DNA from: Thermoanaerobaculia bacterium
GTDB lineage: Bacteria > Acidobacteriota > Thermoanaerobaculia > Multivoradales > Multivoraceae
Direction of reading: 5' to 3'
Assembly (NCBI GenBank): GCA_963664405.1
Contig: OY761158.1
Span: 4,256,001-4,320,000 of the forward strand
DNA: 64,000 nt
Part shown: piece after piece, positions 38,198 through 50,000 of the stretch
Numbering within the stretch: the first letter of the stretch is position 1
Layout: each line of letters begins with the position of its first letter
Made by a program: the position numbers and the translations under genes
Notes under the pieces: model-generated
What the model was told of the DNA's origin: nothing
Databases searched by the model: none
Seen by the model: only the letters and a program-made list of their open reading frames with translations

Positions 38198-39642
38198 ATG
38201 AAGGCGTTTACCCACCTGCTTCCGTTCCTCCTTCTTACGGGGCTCGGAGCGACTCAGGCCGCCGAGAGGCCGCATATCGTCGTCTACCTCTCCGACGACC
38301 ACTCGCAGTTCGACTCCAGTCTCTACGGAGACGCGAGCATCCCGACGCCGAGCTTCGAGCAGCTGGCCGCCGACGGGATGACTTTCACCCACGCCTTCGT
38401 GGCCTCGCCCTCTTGCGCACCGAGCCGGGCCGCGATGTTGACTGGGATGATGCCTGCACGCAACGGGGCCGAGGGCAATCACACCTATCCACCGCAGGGG
38501 ACGCACTCTCTTGTAAGCGACCTCCAGGCACTCGGCTACGAAGTAGCTGCCTTCGGCAAAGTTGCGCATGGGCCGAGTGCGAAGCAGTACGGCTTCGATC
38601 ATATCGACAGGGGTACGGAGTACGCGCAGCTGCGCGCCAACGTGGCGAGCTTCCTCGAAGAGCGAGAGTCGGATCGGCCCCTCTGTCTCTTCGCCGGTAT
38701 TAGCAATCCGCACGTGCCGTGGCCGGAGAGCGATGCCTTCGATGCGGACGAGGTCACTCTCCCGCCGGTCCATCTCGACACTCCGGCGACGCGTGATCAC
38801 CGCGCCTGGTACAGCGCCGAGATCGCCCAGCTCGACCGCCTCCTCGGTGAGCTGCGCGAGATGGCGGCGAAGCATCTCGGTGACAACACGCTCTTCGTGC
38901 ATACCAGCGACCACGGCTCGCAGTGGGCCTTCGGCAAGTGGACGCTCTACGACTACGGGATCCGGGTGCCCTTCATCGCCGCCTGGCCGGGGGTGATCGA
39001 GGCCGGGTCGCGCTCGGACGCGATGGTGAGCTGGATCGACCTCGTGCCGACCCTGCTCGAGCTCTCCGGGGGCGAGGCTCCCACGGACCTCGATGGCCTC
39101 TCGTTCGCCGCGGTCCTGCGTGGAGAGAGCAAGGCACACAGAGATCGAATCTCACCACTCAGACGGGAGACAAGACGATGAATGTCTACCCGATCCGCTC
39201 GGTGCGGACCCGAGAGTGGAAGCTGATTCACAACCTCCGTCCCGAGCTGGCCTTCACCAACCACTCGGATCTCTTACGCAAGCCGGGGGCCGGAGCCTTC
39301 TGGGGCGAGTGGGTAGAACTGGCGAAGACCGACGCGCGGGCGAAGAGGATCGTCGATCGCTACTACCGGCGGCCGGAATTCGAGCTCTACCGAGTTGGAG
39401 AAGACAAGTGGGAAGAGAGCAACCTGGCGGAGGATCCGGAGCACGCCGCCTTAGTGTCGAGGCTGAAGGCGGAGCTTGCGGGATGGATGAAGGAGCAGGG
39501 CGACACGACGAGGCTGATCGACGAGCCGCGACCGCTGAACCGGCCCGAAACCTGGCACCCCGACTACTTCGTACAGCCCGCAGCCACTGCGGATGTGCCT
39601 TCGTGGACGGCGACCGCGCTAAGCAGGAGACAGGGCGGCTAA
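38198..39642 (+). pseudogene. Sulfatase with a 1-nt frameshift near 39152
   Basis: SDDH, SPSCAPSRAAMLTG (CxPxR), TSDHG, GKWTLYD; reading continues in another frame as TTQTGD..YPIRSVRT..ELY. Confidence 0.85.
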
Positions 39643-40529
39643 AACAGGGGGACTCCGGCGACCTTCAGCTGACAGCGATAGAGATGCTCTGAGGAGGTGA
39701 GATAAAAAGTCAGCAGATCGTCCCCGCCCCAGGTGAAGTTGGCGCAGAAGGCCGGGGTTCGGATGAGGCCGAGACAGGTGCCGGCGGACGGCTCATAGAC
39801 ATGGACACCGCCGGGACCGGCGCAGAAGACGTGGCCCGTCGAGGCCACTTTGAGACCGTCGGGCGCGCCCGCGCCTTCTCCGCTCGAGTTGGCGAAGACG
39901 TCGCCGCCGCTCAGTGATCCGTCGTCGGCGACCAGGAACTTGCGGATGTGCATTCTTGGCGTGTCGGCGACATAGAGCTCGCGATGATCGACCGTGAAGG
40001 CGAGCCCGTTCGGTTGCTCGAAATCGCTCGACAGGAGCGTCAGCTCGCCGCTCTGCGCGCCGATCTTGTAGACCCCCCGGAAATCGAGCTCGAGGTCGCG
40101 CTCGATTCCGGTCTTGGGACCGCGGCCGTAGGTCGGATCGGTGAAGAAGATGTCGCCGTTCTCTCGCACTACGATGTCGTTGGGACTGTTGAGCTCTTTA
40201 CCTTCGTAGTGGGAAGCGAGGATCGTTCGTGAGCCGTCGGGCTCTTCGCGAGTCACCCGCGAGGTTCCGTGCTCGCAGGAGAGAATCCTTCCTTGGCGAT
40301 CGTAGGTGTTGCCGTTGGTGAGCTCGCTCGGCTCTCGATGGAGAGATAGGCCCTCGACTTCGCTCCAGCGGTGCATCCGGTTGGACGGAATGTCGCTGAA
40401 GATGAGGTGCTTCTCACGAGGATGCCAGATCGGACCCTCGGTGAAGCGAAAGCCGTCGGCCAGAATCTCGAGCTCCAGGCTCTCATCGACGATGTTCAGA
40501 AAGCGAGGATCGCGGATCTCTATAGACAT
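39639..40529 (-). CDS. SMP-30/gluconolactonase family protein
   Basis: FTEGPIW, LNSPND, QPNGLAF, PDGLKV. Confidence 0.92.
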   Translation of the reverse strand: MSIEIRDPRFLNIVDESLELEILADGFRFTEGPIWHPREKHLIFSDIPSNRMHRWSEVEGLSLHREPSELTNGNTYDRQGRILSCEHGTSRVTREEPDGSRTILASHYEGKELNSPNDIVVRENGDIFFTDPTYGRGPKTGIERDLELDFRGVYKIGAQSGELTLLSSDFEQPNGLAFTVDHRELYVADTPRMHIRKFLVADDGSLSGGDVFANSSGEGAGAPDGLKVASTGHVFCAGPGGVHVYEPSAGTCLGLIRTPAFCANFTWGGDDLLTFYLTSSEHLYRCQLKVAGVPLF

Positions 40530-40539
40530 GCAACCGATC

Positions 40540-40687
40540 CTATCTTGAGAGCGTGCAGTGCTCCGTGGCTAAGAGACGCTCGAGATAGGCCTGCAGGTTG
40601 GCGAAATCGTCGAGAAGCCTCTGTTCCCGAGCCCAGCTCACCGTATAGCCGGTCGATGATGTCGGTCACCGTGAAGCGCTCCACTTC
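40540..40687 (-). pseudogene. 3' remnant of a glutathione S-transferase gene
   Basis: Minus strand FTVTDII / GYTVSWAREQRLLDDFANLQAYLERLLATEHCTLSR* with a frameshift; resembles the GST C-terminal domain. Confidence 0.6.
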
Positions 40688-40713
40688 TCAGAGCTTGCCG
40701 GAACGGAGATCCA

Positions 40714-41466
40714 TCACGGAATCCCGACCATCTCGGTTCGCGCCCTCAGGACGAGCATCTTCGTGGCGTCGACCCACTCTTCCATTCCATCGGGCTCGAT
40801 GACGCTTCGATACTTCCTCCAGCCGCTCTCGTCCGGAAAGTAGAGCTCCGCGATCCCGGCATAGGGCTCGATCTCGGGCTCGAGGCTGTGGCCGACGACG
40901 TAGCGGAATCCACCGACTTCCTCCATCACCGAGCGGACATTTGGAACATGAACGCGCAGCCAGTGGTCGTAGAAGGCGTCGTAGTCACAACGCTCCTTGG
41001 CGCCGACCAGAAAGCTCACTTTGAAGAAACCCGAGCGGGTGCAAGGGAAGGGCGGGTTGAGGGTCAGCGGCTCCACCGGCAGATGGCGAGAACCGTCGAG
41101 GATCACGTACTCCTTCGTTGCCCATGGCATGTACGGCTCCGCCTTCTGCTGGAAGGTGTCCGTGGGGGTGGTCCCCTGGGGCACCTCGGGTCTCGGGAGC
41201 GGTCTGTCGAACCACAGCTGCGCGACTCCGTCCCAGGGATGCGAGCCGTCCTTGTCGGCGTCGAAGAGGGTGGCGATGTAGCGGCGAGCGTGCGATTTTC
41301 CCTGCTCAGCGCGGTCGAGCTGATCGCGGATCACCGCCGCCATGTGATTGGCGAACCAGTGCATGATGAGCTCTTCTCGGGTGGTCGAAGGCCGGCACCG
41401 GATGAGATAGAGCATCCTGGCACCGGGGGTTGCTTCGGGAAGGGGAGGGGGTGTGGTCGTATCCAT
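40714..41466 (-). CDS. Tandem EthD-domain protein
   Basis: Two repeats of HW...H..V ... (W/Y)(D/A)G(V/I)A(Q/E)L(W/Y)F. Confidence 0.75.
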   Translation of the reverse strand: MDTTTPPPLPEATPGARMLYLIRCRPSTTREELIMHWFANHMAAVIRDQLDRAEQGKSHARRYIATLFDADKDGSHPWDGVAQLWFDRPLPRPEVPQGTTPTDTFQQKAEPYMPWATKEYVILDGSRHLPVEPLTLNPPFPCTRSGFFKVSFLVGAKERCDYDAFYDHWLRVHVPNVRSVMEEVGGFRYVVGHSLEPEIEPYAGIAELYFPDESGWRKYRSVIEPDGMEEWVDATKMLVLRARTEMVGIP

Positions 41467-41472
41467 TTTGGG

Positions 41473-42996
41473 TCACTCCGGCTGCAGCTCGGCGAGGTCG
41501 AGGGTGTTGGCGCCGTCGATGATCTTGGCGAAGGCTCGCGCGACCGCTTCGATGCCGGCGGCGGGCACCAGAGGCGGGATGTCGCCGTCGGTGTGCTTGT
41601 GCTCCGGCGAGCGGATCAGCTGCACCGAAGGCGCTTCTTTGTCGATCGCCATCATCTCGCCGGTCGCCCGCCCGTCCATCGCGCCGATCACCGTTACGCC
41701 GAAGGTGTTGTATGCATCCAGGGTGATGTCGAGCAGGCGCTGGCTGCCGTTGACCCACCAACGTCGTGGCGACACGGTGTTGGTGAGACGCAGCTCGGTG
41801 TTGAAGGCGACGAACTGTGTCGGAGCGATGTGCTCGCAGTTGATCATCAGGGCCGTCTTCTCGAGCATGCCTTGGTCCCGCAGGTGGACGGCATTTGGGG
41901 AGCCGACATGATGGCCGGCGGTGCCGATGAAGGTGATGGTGCGACGCCTTTGCTTGCGGGGCAGCTGCGCGAAGTGCTCGGCCAGCCCGATCATCACCGC
42001 CATCCCGGATGCGTTGTCGAGGGCGGCGTCGTAGAAACCGTCCATGTGGGCCATTACGTAGATGGTCTCGTCGCTCATGCCCGGTAGGGTTCCGTAGATG
42101 CTCTGGCTGGTGAGACCCTCGCGGATCTCGGCGTCGATCTTCGCCGAGACGGTCACCGGCTCGCCGGTCGCCACCAGGTCGCGCAGCCTACGGCCGTCCT
42201 CGAAGCCCATGAAGAACCCGGGCGTTGCGACTGGCTCACTGACATAGCGTGACGTCCCGTCGGGGTTGCGCACCATCTGAAACGCTCTGGTGCTCTGCCA
42301 CACCGCAAGGTTGCCGCCGTAGCCCCAGATGCCAATGATGAGAGCCGCCCCGGCTTCCTGCGCACGAATCGTCGCGCCCTCCCAGGAGGCCGAGTTGCCC
42401 ATCTGTCCGGGGGCGAGCATGGTGTGGATGATGACCGCCTTTCCGGCCACCTCGCGCCCCGCGAAGTCGGCGGCGGTGCCGAGCCCGACCCAGACTGCCT
42501 CGGCCTCGATCCCGTCGAGCGAAGGTGACCTGGTGGCAGGATTCGCCGAGACGAAGCTGAGCTCCTGACCGCTCCCGTTTGCGGTCAGCCGCCAGTCGAC
42601 CGGGAACCACTGGGGTCCCAGGTCGAAGTCGACTCGATGGATGTTCTCCATTTCGAGACGACGAAAGTGCTTCTCGGTCCAGTCGGCGGCCATGACCTCG
42701 TACTCGGTGCCAGAGATCCGGCCCCAGTAGCGATTACCATCGTCCCGACTGCGCCGGGAGATGGCAACCACCTCGTTGAGCCAAGTCTTCAGGCGTCGGC
42801 CGTCGATGCGCGCATAGATCTGATCCGGACCCGAGAGCGCACGACGCAGATGGTCGTACGCCTCTTCTCGCACGTTCCCCGTGGCGTCCACCAGTGGCTG
42901 CGGTTGCGCATGGGTCGAGACGCCGAGCCCCGTCGCCACAAGCGCCGCCAGCGTGCTCCCCAGCCGGCGGTGCCCGCGTCTTTTGCTCGTCATCAT
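41473..42996 (-). CDS. Exported M28-family peptidase with PA domain
   Basis: Signal peptide; MAHMDG, ALDNASG, GHH, INCEH, HT..D. Confidence 0.8.
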   Translation of the reverse strand: MMTSKRRGHRRLGSTLAALVATGLGVSTHAQPQPLVDATGNVREEAYDHLRRALSGPDQIYARIDGRRLKTWLNEVVAISRRSRDDGNRYWGRISGTEYEVMAADWTEKHFRRLEMENIHRVDFDLGPQWFPVDWRLTANGSGQELSFVSANPATRSPSLDGIEAEAVWVGLGTAADFAGREVAGKAVIIHTMLAPGQMGNSASWEGATIRAQEAGAALIIGIWGYGGNLAVWQSTRAFQMVRNPDGTSRYVSEPVATPGFFMGFEDGRRLRDLVATGEPVTVSAKIDAEIREGLTSQSIYGTLPGMSDETIYVMAHMDGFYDAALDNASGMAVMIGLAEHFAQLPRKQRRRTITFIGTAGHHVGSPNAVHLRDQGMLEKTALMINCEHIAPTQFVAFNTELRLTNTVSPRRWWVNGSQRLLDITLDAYNTFGVTVIGAMDGRATGEMMAIDKEAPSVQLIRSPEHKHTDGDIPPLVPAAGIEAVARAFAKIIDGANTLDLAELQPE

Positions 42997-43080
42997 TGGC
43001 TCCCCTTTGCTGCCGCCGAATTACTGTCGGATCTTGCCCGAATATACTAGTGGACATCACCCATATCCGAGGGAGCAAGA

Positions 43081-43956
43081 ATGAAACTCGAACGCCTGGC
43101 CACGCTGGTTTTTGTGATGATCGCGGTTTCGCCCACTCTAGGTGCGCCGGCTCGTTCGCAACAGAGCGCCCCCTCGCTCGACGCTCTCGACGGCGTTGTG
43201 GCGACTCGCGACTTAGACTACTTGGCCGGCACCGACTACGCCGAGGATAAGGACAAGCTGGATATCTTCATGCCCAAGGGCGTAGCGGGTGCACCCGTCG
43301 TCGTCTTTTTCCATGGTGGTGCGCTGATGAACGGGAGCAAAGCCCAGGGCGAGCTCCTGGCGAGGCGATTGGTGCCGAAGGGAGTGGGCGTCGCCTCAGC
43401 CAACTACCGGCTCTCGCCCGGGGTGATGCATCCCGCGCACATCCAGGACGCCGCGGCCGCATTCGCCTGGGTCACCAACAACATCGCCCGTTTCGGCGGC
43501 GACTCCGATCGCGTCTACCTCTCGGGTCACTCCGCGGGGGCGTATCTGGCCGCTCTCTTGGCAATCGATCCGGCGCACCTCGCGGCCCACGATCTCGGGC
43601 TGGACGCGATTCGAGGCACCATCCCGATCAGCCCCTTCCTCTACGTCGAAGAGACCGCCAAGGAGCGGGACAAGAGCGTCTGGGGTGAGGATCCCCAGGC
43701 ATGGCTCAAGGCGTCGGTCACGCCCCACATCGGAGGCGGCAAGGGGCGACTGCTCCTCATCTACGCCGACGCCGACGACGATTGGCGCAAGCGGCAGAAC
43801 GAGACCTTCACCAAGTCGATGCGCGCGGCGGGGAACAGCGACATTCGCGCAGTGGAAGTGCCGAAGCGCAACCACGGCTCGCTGATGACCAAGATCAACG
43901 AGGCCGACGACCAGATCGTTGGTCTCGCACTGAGGTTCATCAAAGGGTCTGAGTAG
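43081..43956 (+). CDS. Exported alpha/beta hydrolase (carboxylesterase-like)
   Basis: FHGGA, NYRLSP, GHSAG nucleophile motif. Confidence 0.9.
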   Translation: MKLERLATLVFVMIAVSPTLGAPARSQQSAPSLDALDGVVATRDLDYLAGTDYAEDKDKLDIFMPKGVAGAPVVVFFHGGALMNGSKAQGELLARRLVPKGVGVASANYRLSPGVMHPAHIQDAAAAFAWVTNNIARFGGDSDRVYLSGHSAGAYLAALLAIDPAHLAAHDLGLDAIRGTIPISPFLYVEETAKERDKSVWGEDPQAWLKASVTPHIGGGKGRLLLIYADADDDWRKRQNETFTKSMRAAGNSDIRAVEVPKRNHGSLMTKINEADDQIVGLALRFIKGSE

Positions 43957-43965
43957 AGGGCTTCT

Positions 43966-44484
43966 CTGAAGTACGCGCGAATCGAATGTGAGCGTCGCTT
44001 TCTGGTTCGTGCGATGCCGGCGGAGCCGGATCTCGAGTCGGGGTTCCGAGAGATTCGAGATCTCTACATCGAAGGGACTCACCTTCGGCTTCGAGAGGTC
44101 CGCGCTGCTGACGGATCGCCGGAGCGGTTCAAGCTCACCCAGAAGCTTGGGACCGACTCAGCTCTCGCCACCCAGATCACCAATCTCTACGTCAGCGAGG
44201 CTGAGCACGCGCTGCTTGCTCAGCTACCGGGACGCACTCTCTTGAAGCGTCGTTACTCTTTCGAGTGCGCGAGTGCCCGCTTTGGAATCGACCGGTTTCT
44301 CGGGCAGCTCGAGGGACTGATCCTCGCCGAAGTCGAAGGTAGCTCAGCCGCCGAGCTCGCGGCCATTCCGTCCCCACCTTTCGCTCACTGTGAGGTCACG
44401 GACAGCCCGGCATTCACCGGTGGTGAGCTCGCATACGCAGAACCGGCGGACGTTCTAGCGTTGATGGCACGACTGCTGGGCTAG
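43966..44484 (+). CDS. CYTH-domain protein, probable CTG start
   Basis: KYARIECERRFLV (ExER motif) lies upstream of ATG 44014; LRLR, KRRY, LAEVE, EVT. Confidence 0.75.
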   Translation: MKYARIECERRFLVRAMPAEPDLESGFREIRDLYIEGTHLRLREVRAADGSPERFKLTQKLGTDSALATQITNLYVSEAEHALLAQLPGRTLLKRRYSFECASARFGIDRFLGQLEGLILAEVEGSSAAELAAIPSPPFAHCEVTDSPAFTGGELAYAEPADVLALMARLLG

Positions 44485-44497
44485 AGCAAGACGGTAC

Positions 44498-45685
44498 TCA
44501 AGCAAGCAAAAGCAAGAGCTCACGCTGGGGCTCCGCTCCGCTGATCTCCGCCCGCTCCGGGGTGAGTACCACATTGATCTCGCTCCGCACCCCGAAGTCC
44601 CCGGGAAAGTAGATTCCAGGCTCGATCGAGAAACCGGTCATCGACTGCAGGCGGCGATCGTCGTGGGTCTCGAGGTCGTCCATGTTCGCCCCCTGGCCGT
44701 GATCGCTGATGCCGATCGAGTGACCGGTGCGATGGATGAAGTACTCGCCATAGCCCTCCGACTCGATGATTCCGCGCGCCGCGTTGTCGACTTCATAACC
44801 GTGGATGGCCTGCGCCGGATAGCGCGAAGAGATCAACTGAAAGGCAGCGTCGCGCGCCCGCGCAACGATCCCGAAGATCTCCCGCTGGCGAGCGGTGGCC
44901 TCGGCCGCGCAAACTCCGCACCAGGTGATGTCGGCATAGACGCTGCGGGCCTCGCGCTCTTTGGCCCACAGGTCGATGAGGAGAAAATCCCCCTTCTCGA
45001 TCATCGAGCTCGCGTCGGCCGTCGGTTGGTAGTGAGGGTCGGCACTGTGAGCGTTGACCGCAACGATCGGGGACGACTCGGCCCACAGGCCGGCGCGCTC
45101 GAAACCTTCGAGGATGAATAACTGCACTTCGTACTCGCTGATCTTGGTGCTGTCGCTGAGGGCGTTGCCGACGCGATTCATGGCTGCTCGTGCGAGCTCG
45201 TGTAGGACCTTGCAAGTGCTTTGGTGGCCTGCGAGCTGATCTTCGTCCCAGGAGGCCGCGAAAAGCTGGATCAGCTCCGCCGAAGAGACGAGCTCGATGC
45301 CGTCTTCGCGCAGCAGTTCGGCGGTTCCCGCATCGAGGCGAGACACCGTTGGAAGTTGGTTTCCTGGGCTGTACTGAGCGGCCAACCTCTTCATTCCTGC
45401 GACGAGCTCGGCGAGAGCGGATCGATGCTCTTTCCAGGTGAGATAGCGGGCTTTGGTACCGGGAAGCAGGTCGAGCATCCCCGGCTCGAGGCGATGCACG
45501 AGCCGCCGCGGCTCTCCGACTGCCGGGACCAGGTAGTAGCAGCGACGAGTGACGAGGTGATCGCCGACGAGGTCCAGAAGCTCGAGACTCACCGGGTCGT
45601 TGTGCTGAAAGCAGGCGAAGAGCCAACCGTCGAGCCCCTCTTTGCGGAGCGCCTCCTGGATGGCTTCGATGCGATCGGCGATCAT
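44498..45685 (-). CDS. M24-family (Xaa-Pro) aminopeptidase
   Basis: DPHY, IDLWAK, YADITW, FIHRTGHSIG, FSIEPGIY, GVRSE. Confidence 0.92.
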   Translation of the reverse strand: MIADRIEAIQEALRKEGLDGWLFACFQHNDPVSLELLDLVGDHLVTRRCYYLVPAVGEPRRLVHRLEPGMLDLLPGTKARYLTWKEHRSALAELVAGMKRLAAQYSPGNQLPTVSRLDAGTAELLREDGIELVSSAELIQLFAASWDEDQLAGHQSTCKVLHELARAAMNRVGNALSDSTKISEYEVQLFILEGFERAGLWAESSPIVAVNAHSADPHYQPTADASSMIEKGDFLLIDLWAKEREARSVYADITWCGVCAAEATARQREIFGIVARARDAAFQLISSRYPAQAIHGYEVDNAARGIIESEGYGEYFIHRTGHSIGISDHGQGANMDDLETHDDRRLQSMTGFSIEPGIYFPGDFGVRSEINVVLTPERAEISGAEPQRELLLLLA

Positions 45686-45704
45686 GTCTCTTTCACGCTA
45701 CTCG

Positions 45705-47087
45705 TCATTGGAAGGATCGACCGCCGATGACCGCCCAGATGACCCAGCCGATCGCGACCGGGCTGACCACGCGTAGGAGAAAACGCCACAGCGGGTACAA
45801 ATTGAAAGAGCCGTGCCCCTCTTCGAGCTCTTCTCGGGTGAGCTTGGCGCTCAAGAACCAGCCGGTGAAAATGGCAATGAGGAATCCGCCCACTGGGAGG
45901 ATCCAGTTGGAGGCTAGATAGTCGAGAGTGTTGAAAACGCCGCCGTTCAGTACCTGGCTGAGGAAAGGGCTGGCACCGAGGCTGAGCGCGGCAGGCACTC
46001 CGACCAGAAAGATGCCGACACCGATGAGAAGAGTCGCCCGCTTCCTTGTCCAATGTCTGATGTCGATGAAATAGGAGACAACGACCTCGAGTATGGAAAT
46101 GGTGGAGGTGAGCGCCGCGAACGAGACCAAAAGATAGAAGAGCGGGGCGAGCACACTTCCGAACGGCAGAGCGTAGAACATGCGCGGGAGAGTCGTGAAC
46201 AGGATTGTCGCGCTCTTCGAAAAGGTGTCGGCGCGAGCCGCTTCCGGAACGCTGAAGATGATCGAGAACATGATGATGCAGGCTGACATCCCCATCGCGG
46301 TGTCGAGGATGCAGACGGTGGCCGCAGCCCGCGGGATGGACTGCTTGCGGGAAATGTAGGAGCCGTAGGTGATCATTGCTCCCATCCCCAGAGACAGGGT
46401 AAAAAAGGCGTGGCCGACGGCTTCGAGAACATTCGAGGCCGAGATCGGGCTGATGTGGAAGAGAAAGCGGAGGGCTTCTCCGAACCCGGGAGCGAAGAAC
46501 GAGTTCACCACCAGCAGGGCGACAATGCCCCCCAGGATGGGCATCAAGGTCTTGGTGACGCGTTCGATGCCGGCGCGGACGCCGAGAACGACGACTCCCA
46601 TCGTTGCAGCCATGAAGAAGGCGTGGAAACCGAGTTGGAGCGGGGTGTTGACGAGGAACTGGCCGAAGTCCTCCCCGAGATTGTCGGCGATCTGGTCGGT
46701 GAAGCCGGTCATCGACCACAACAGGCAGCGTCCGAAGTAGTAGACCGTCCAGCCGGCGATCACCGAGTAGTAGGAGAGGATGACTCCACCACCGAGTACC
46801 CCGAACCACCCCACGATCGACCAGGCCCTCCCACCGGGGAGACCTTGGCTTAGCTTGGTGAACGCACCGACGGGACTCAGCTGCGTATGGCGGCCGATCA
46901 GAATCTCGGCGAACATGATCGGTGCGCCGATGAGAAGCACCGCGGCGAGGTAGATGAGGACGAAGCTGCCGCCCTCGTTCTCGTAGGTGATGTAAGGGAA
47001 CTTCCAAATATTGCCCAGGCCGATGGCCGAGCCGGCGGCGGCCAAGACGAATCCCACACGCCCGAAGGTCCCTCTTTGCTCAGCCAT
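45705..47087 (-). CDS. Sodium-dependent transporter (NSS/SNF family)
   Basis: GSAIGLGNIWKFPY, AFFTLSLG, AALTSTISILE. Confidence 0.94.
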   Translation of the reverse strand: MAEQRGTFGRVGFVLAAAGSAIGLGNIWKFPYITYENEGGSFVLIYLAAVLLIGAPIMFAEILIGRHTQLSPVGAFTKLSQGLPGGRAWSIVGWFGVLGGGVILSYYSVIAGWTVYYFGRCLLWSMTGFTDQIADNLGEDFGQFLVNTPLQLGFHAFFMAATMGVVVLGVRAGIERVTKTLMPILGGIVALLVVNSFFAPGFGEALRFLFHISPISASNVLEAVGHAFFTLSLGMGAMITYGSYISRKQSIPRAAATVCILDTAMGMSACIIMFSIIFSVPEAARADTFSKSATILFTTLPRMFYALPFGSVLAPLFYLLVSFAALTSTISILEVVVSYFIDIRHWTRKRATLLIGVGIFLVGVPAALSLGASPFLSQVLNGGVFNTLDYLASNWILPVGGFLIAIFTGWFLSAKLTREELEEGHGSFNLYPLWRFLLRVVSPVAIGWVIWAVIGGRSFQ

Positions 47088-47095
47088 TTAGCGTG

Positions 47096-50000
47096 TCAGT
47101 CGCCTATGTTCACAGGTGCGGCGAGGGACTCTAGCACGGCGCTACGGGGTCGACCTGGCGTCGGGCTTTCGACTTTGCGAGTGAGCCATTCCTGGCGGTA
47201 GCGGCGCAGCTCCGGGGTCTCAGGATAGGTAGTTCCCGCCGGATAGGGGTAGCTCCCCATGGCGCGGAACGGCAGCGGCTCCATTTGGTCCGCCTCCCAG
47301 GTATTGCGGTCGGCGTCCTTGTTCCAACCGTGACTCTCGAGGAAGACGGTACGGCGCCAACCCGTAGCGAGCGGCGGAAGCTCGGCGGTGTCGAAGCGGA
47401 GGCTGAGCTCGTCTCCAGCGGCGAGGATCACCTGTCGGTCGTCGTCGTCGATGAGAAGCTCCCGAACGTCACCGTAGCGAGTGTAGTTGCCCTCGAGGGC
47501 GAGCCAAGGACTCTGGCTCGAGACCCTGGTGTAGTCGAAGCCGTGGGGCGCGTTAGGGGCCGTACGAGTCAGCGAAGAGAAGCCTCGGAAGTGGAGATCC
47601 GCCCGCGTTGGGTCGAGGCGCGCTATGACCTTCGCACCCTCGTCTCGAGGCGCGGTGCTCCAGGCGATCCGGTCCCAGTGCAGCCAGCGCGAGGTGACGA
47701 TGCGGAGCTGGTGCACGTTGGGAGGTAGGGGCGGGGTGTCGATCACCATCGTCTTTGTTTTTCCGGCCGGATGACCCATCTTTGGCATCAGTACTTTCCA
47801 ACCCGCCTCGGTCTTCATCTCGAGACGAGTGAGAATCGGTTTGCGCTGGCGCTGATCGATCGCCAGATTGAGGCTGGCGTCGGCGGGGAAGATCCAGCCG
47901 TCGAGTAGAAGTCGCACCGAGCCGGCCGGTGCCGCTCCGAGGTCGAGGGTGAAGGTCCACGGTTTTCGCGCTACGCCCTGATAGGCACCGATGCCGTAGC
48001 CGTCGGCGTAGACCTCGTCGCGATCGCGAACGAGGGTGGTGACGTCTTCCCCTTGCCCGTCCCAGGCGGCTTTCAGGGGGCGTACCCTAGCGGTCGCGAG
48101 AACCCGATCTTCGACAGATTCGCCCGGGATGATGCGCAAGCTGGAGGCAACCTCGAGCTCCGCTGGATGGTCGACGACCCAGAGCCGAGTGAGGTCGAAG
48201 AATGCCGCCTCCCAGAGCTCCTCTGTGATGCGTAGATCGTAGCTCCCATCCCGCTCGCTCGCTCCGTCAACACGCACGAGCTCGGTCATGTCGTAGCCCG
48301 CCCAGACTCCCTCCGCAACCGGCATACCCAAGGGGGCCCCCCACAGAAGATCTGTGACAAAGCGGACCCCCTCGCCGGTCTCGGTGTAGAGGAAGGGGCA
48401 GCTTCCTTTCAACACCTGCTCCTCGACGATGCGCTGCTCCTCACAGGGCCTGATGCGGTTCTGGGGAACGCCATTGGTCCACGTTACTCGGAGCAGGTCG
48501 GGGCAGTCGATCTCGCCCAGCCCGATGTGGCTGACTTCGGAAGTGACCTCGCGGTACTGATAGGCATCGCCGGCAAAGATCTCCAGCTGAGCGCCGAGGC
48601 CGAGGAGGTTGTTTTTGCCGTTGCCTTTGTCCAGCCCGACCAACGAGACTTCCAGCCAGCGGTTCTGGTTACCGCCGAAGTTCTCCAGCCGGTAGAGCCC
48701 GCCGGGGCCGGTGACCACCAGGTCGATGTCGCCGTCGAGGTCGAGATCACCGGCGCCGAGGCCGAGGATCTCTCCTTGTATGGGGTTCTCGAGGGTGGTG
48801 CGCAGAAAGATCCCTTCCTTGGGCTGGGTGAGAACGATGAGCCCCTCCGGCCCGGCGGCTACGATGTCCATGCGGCCGTCGTTGTCGGCGTCGATGTCCA
48901 GGAGCGTGTTGAAAACGCTGGTGCGTGGAATATCCCCTCTCACCTCCCACGGCTCGAAACGGTGGCCTCGATTGCGCCAGAAGCGGAGCCCCGTGCTGGC
49001 GCTGACCAGATCGGGTAGGCCGTCGTTATCGAGATCGACGCTGAGCAGGTCGTGAGCGGTGCCGATCTGGTCCAAGCCGGCAGCTGTGGTGCGGTCCGCG
49101 AAGCGCCCTTGGCGTAGGTTGTCGAGAAAGAAGGCGCCCTCTTCCGCGACACCGTAGAGATCGAGATCGCCATCGCGGTCGAGGTCGCTGGCGCTGAGCT
49201 TCTTGATGGCGGTAGGACCAACGCTGGTGAGCACTCCGGGCCCCAGGGGCTGCAGCGGGCCTTCGAGTGCGTTGCGGAAGAGCTCGATTCCCGAAGTGGC
49301 CGAGCTTGCCGCTGCGAGGTCCAGATCACCTTCGCTGTCGTAGTCGAAGGCGGCCAGCACGTGGGCCTCGGCGCCCTCGGCGAAGAAGGCCTCGGTCGCC
49401 TCCTCGAATCCTCCCTGGCTGTTTCCCTTCCATACCTCGAGCCTTTCACCGTAGCCCACGAGATCGATCGCGCCGTCGTTATCGAGATCGATGGCTTGGA
49501 GACCGGTAACAGCTCTGGCAGAGAGAGTGGAGCTGACGGCGTGCTGATCTCGCGACAGCCTCAACTCGAGTACGCTCCGGTCCCCTGTCGAGATACGAGC
49601 GATGTCCGGCCGGCTGTCAGCGTCTAGGTCCGCTACTACCAAGGCTCGCCCGGAGCCCGCAGTGGGGTCGAGCGTCGAGCCGCGAAAGCGAATCGCCGAC
49701 GCGGCGCCAAAGGTTCGTCGCTCGGGCTCGTCCACGAAGCGTGCCACCGGAACGCCCTGAATGCCGGTAGTGAGCTCGCGCAGGCTGTTCTGGAACATCG
49801 CTTCTTGCTTGAGCACGTTCTCGACAATGAAGGCGGGACGGCCTGCTGCCTCTAGGTCGTTGCGCTCCAGAGCCTCGAGAACGAGCGCCACTTGCTGCTG
49901 AGGAAGACCGGGGGTCCGCCAGACCAGCTCGCGCACTCGAAGAAACGAGCGTGTGGCGAGCGCTCGGTCGTTGTTGGCGACGGCGTACTGGCCCAACTTC

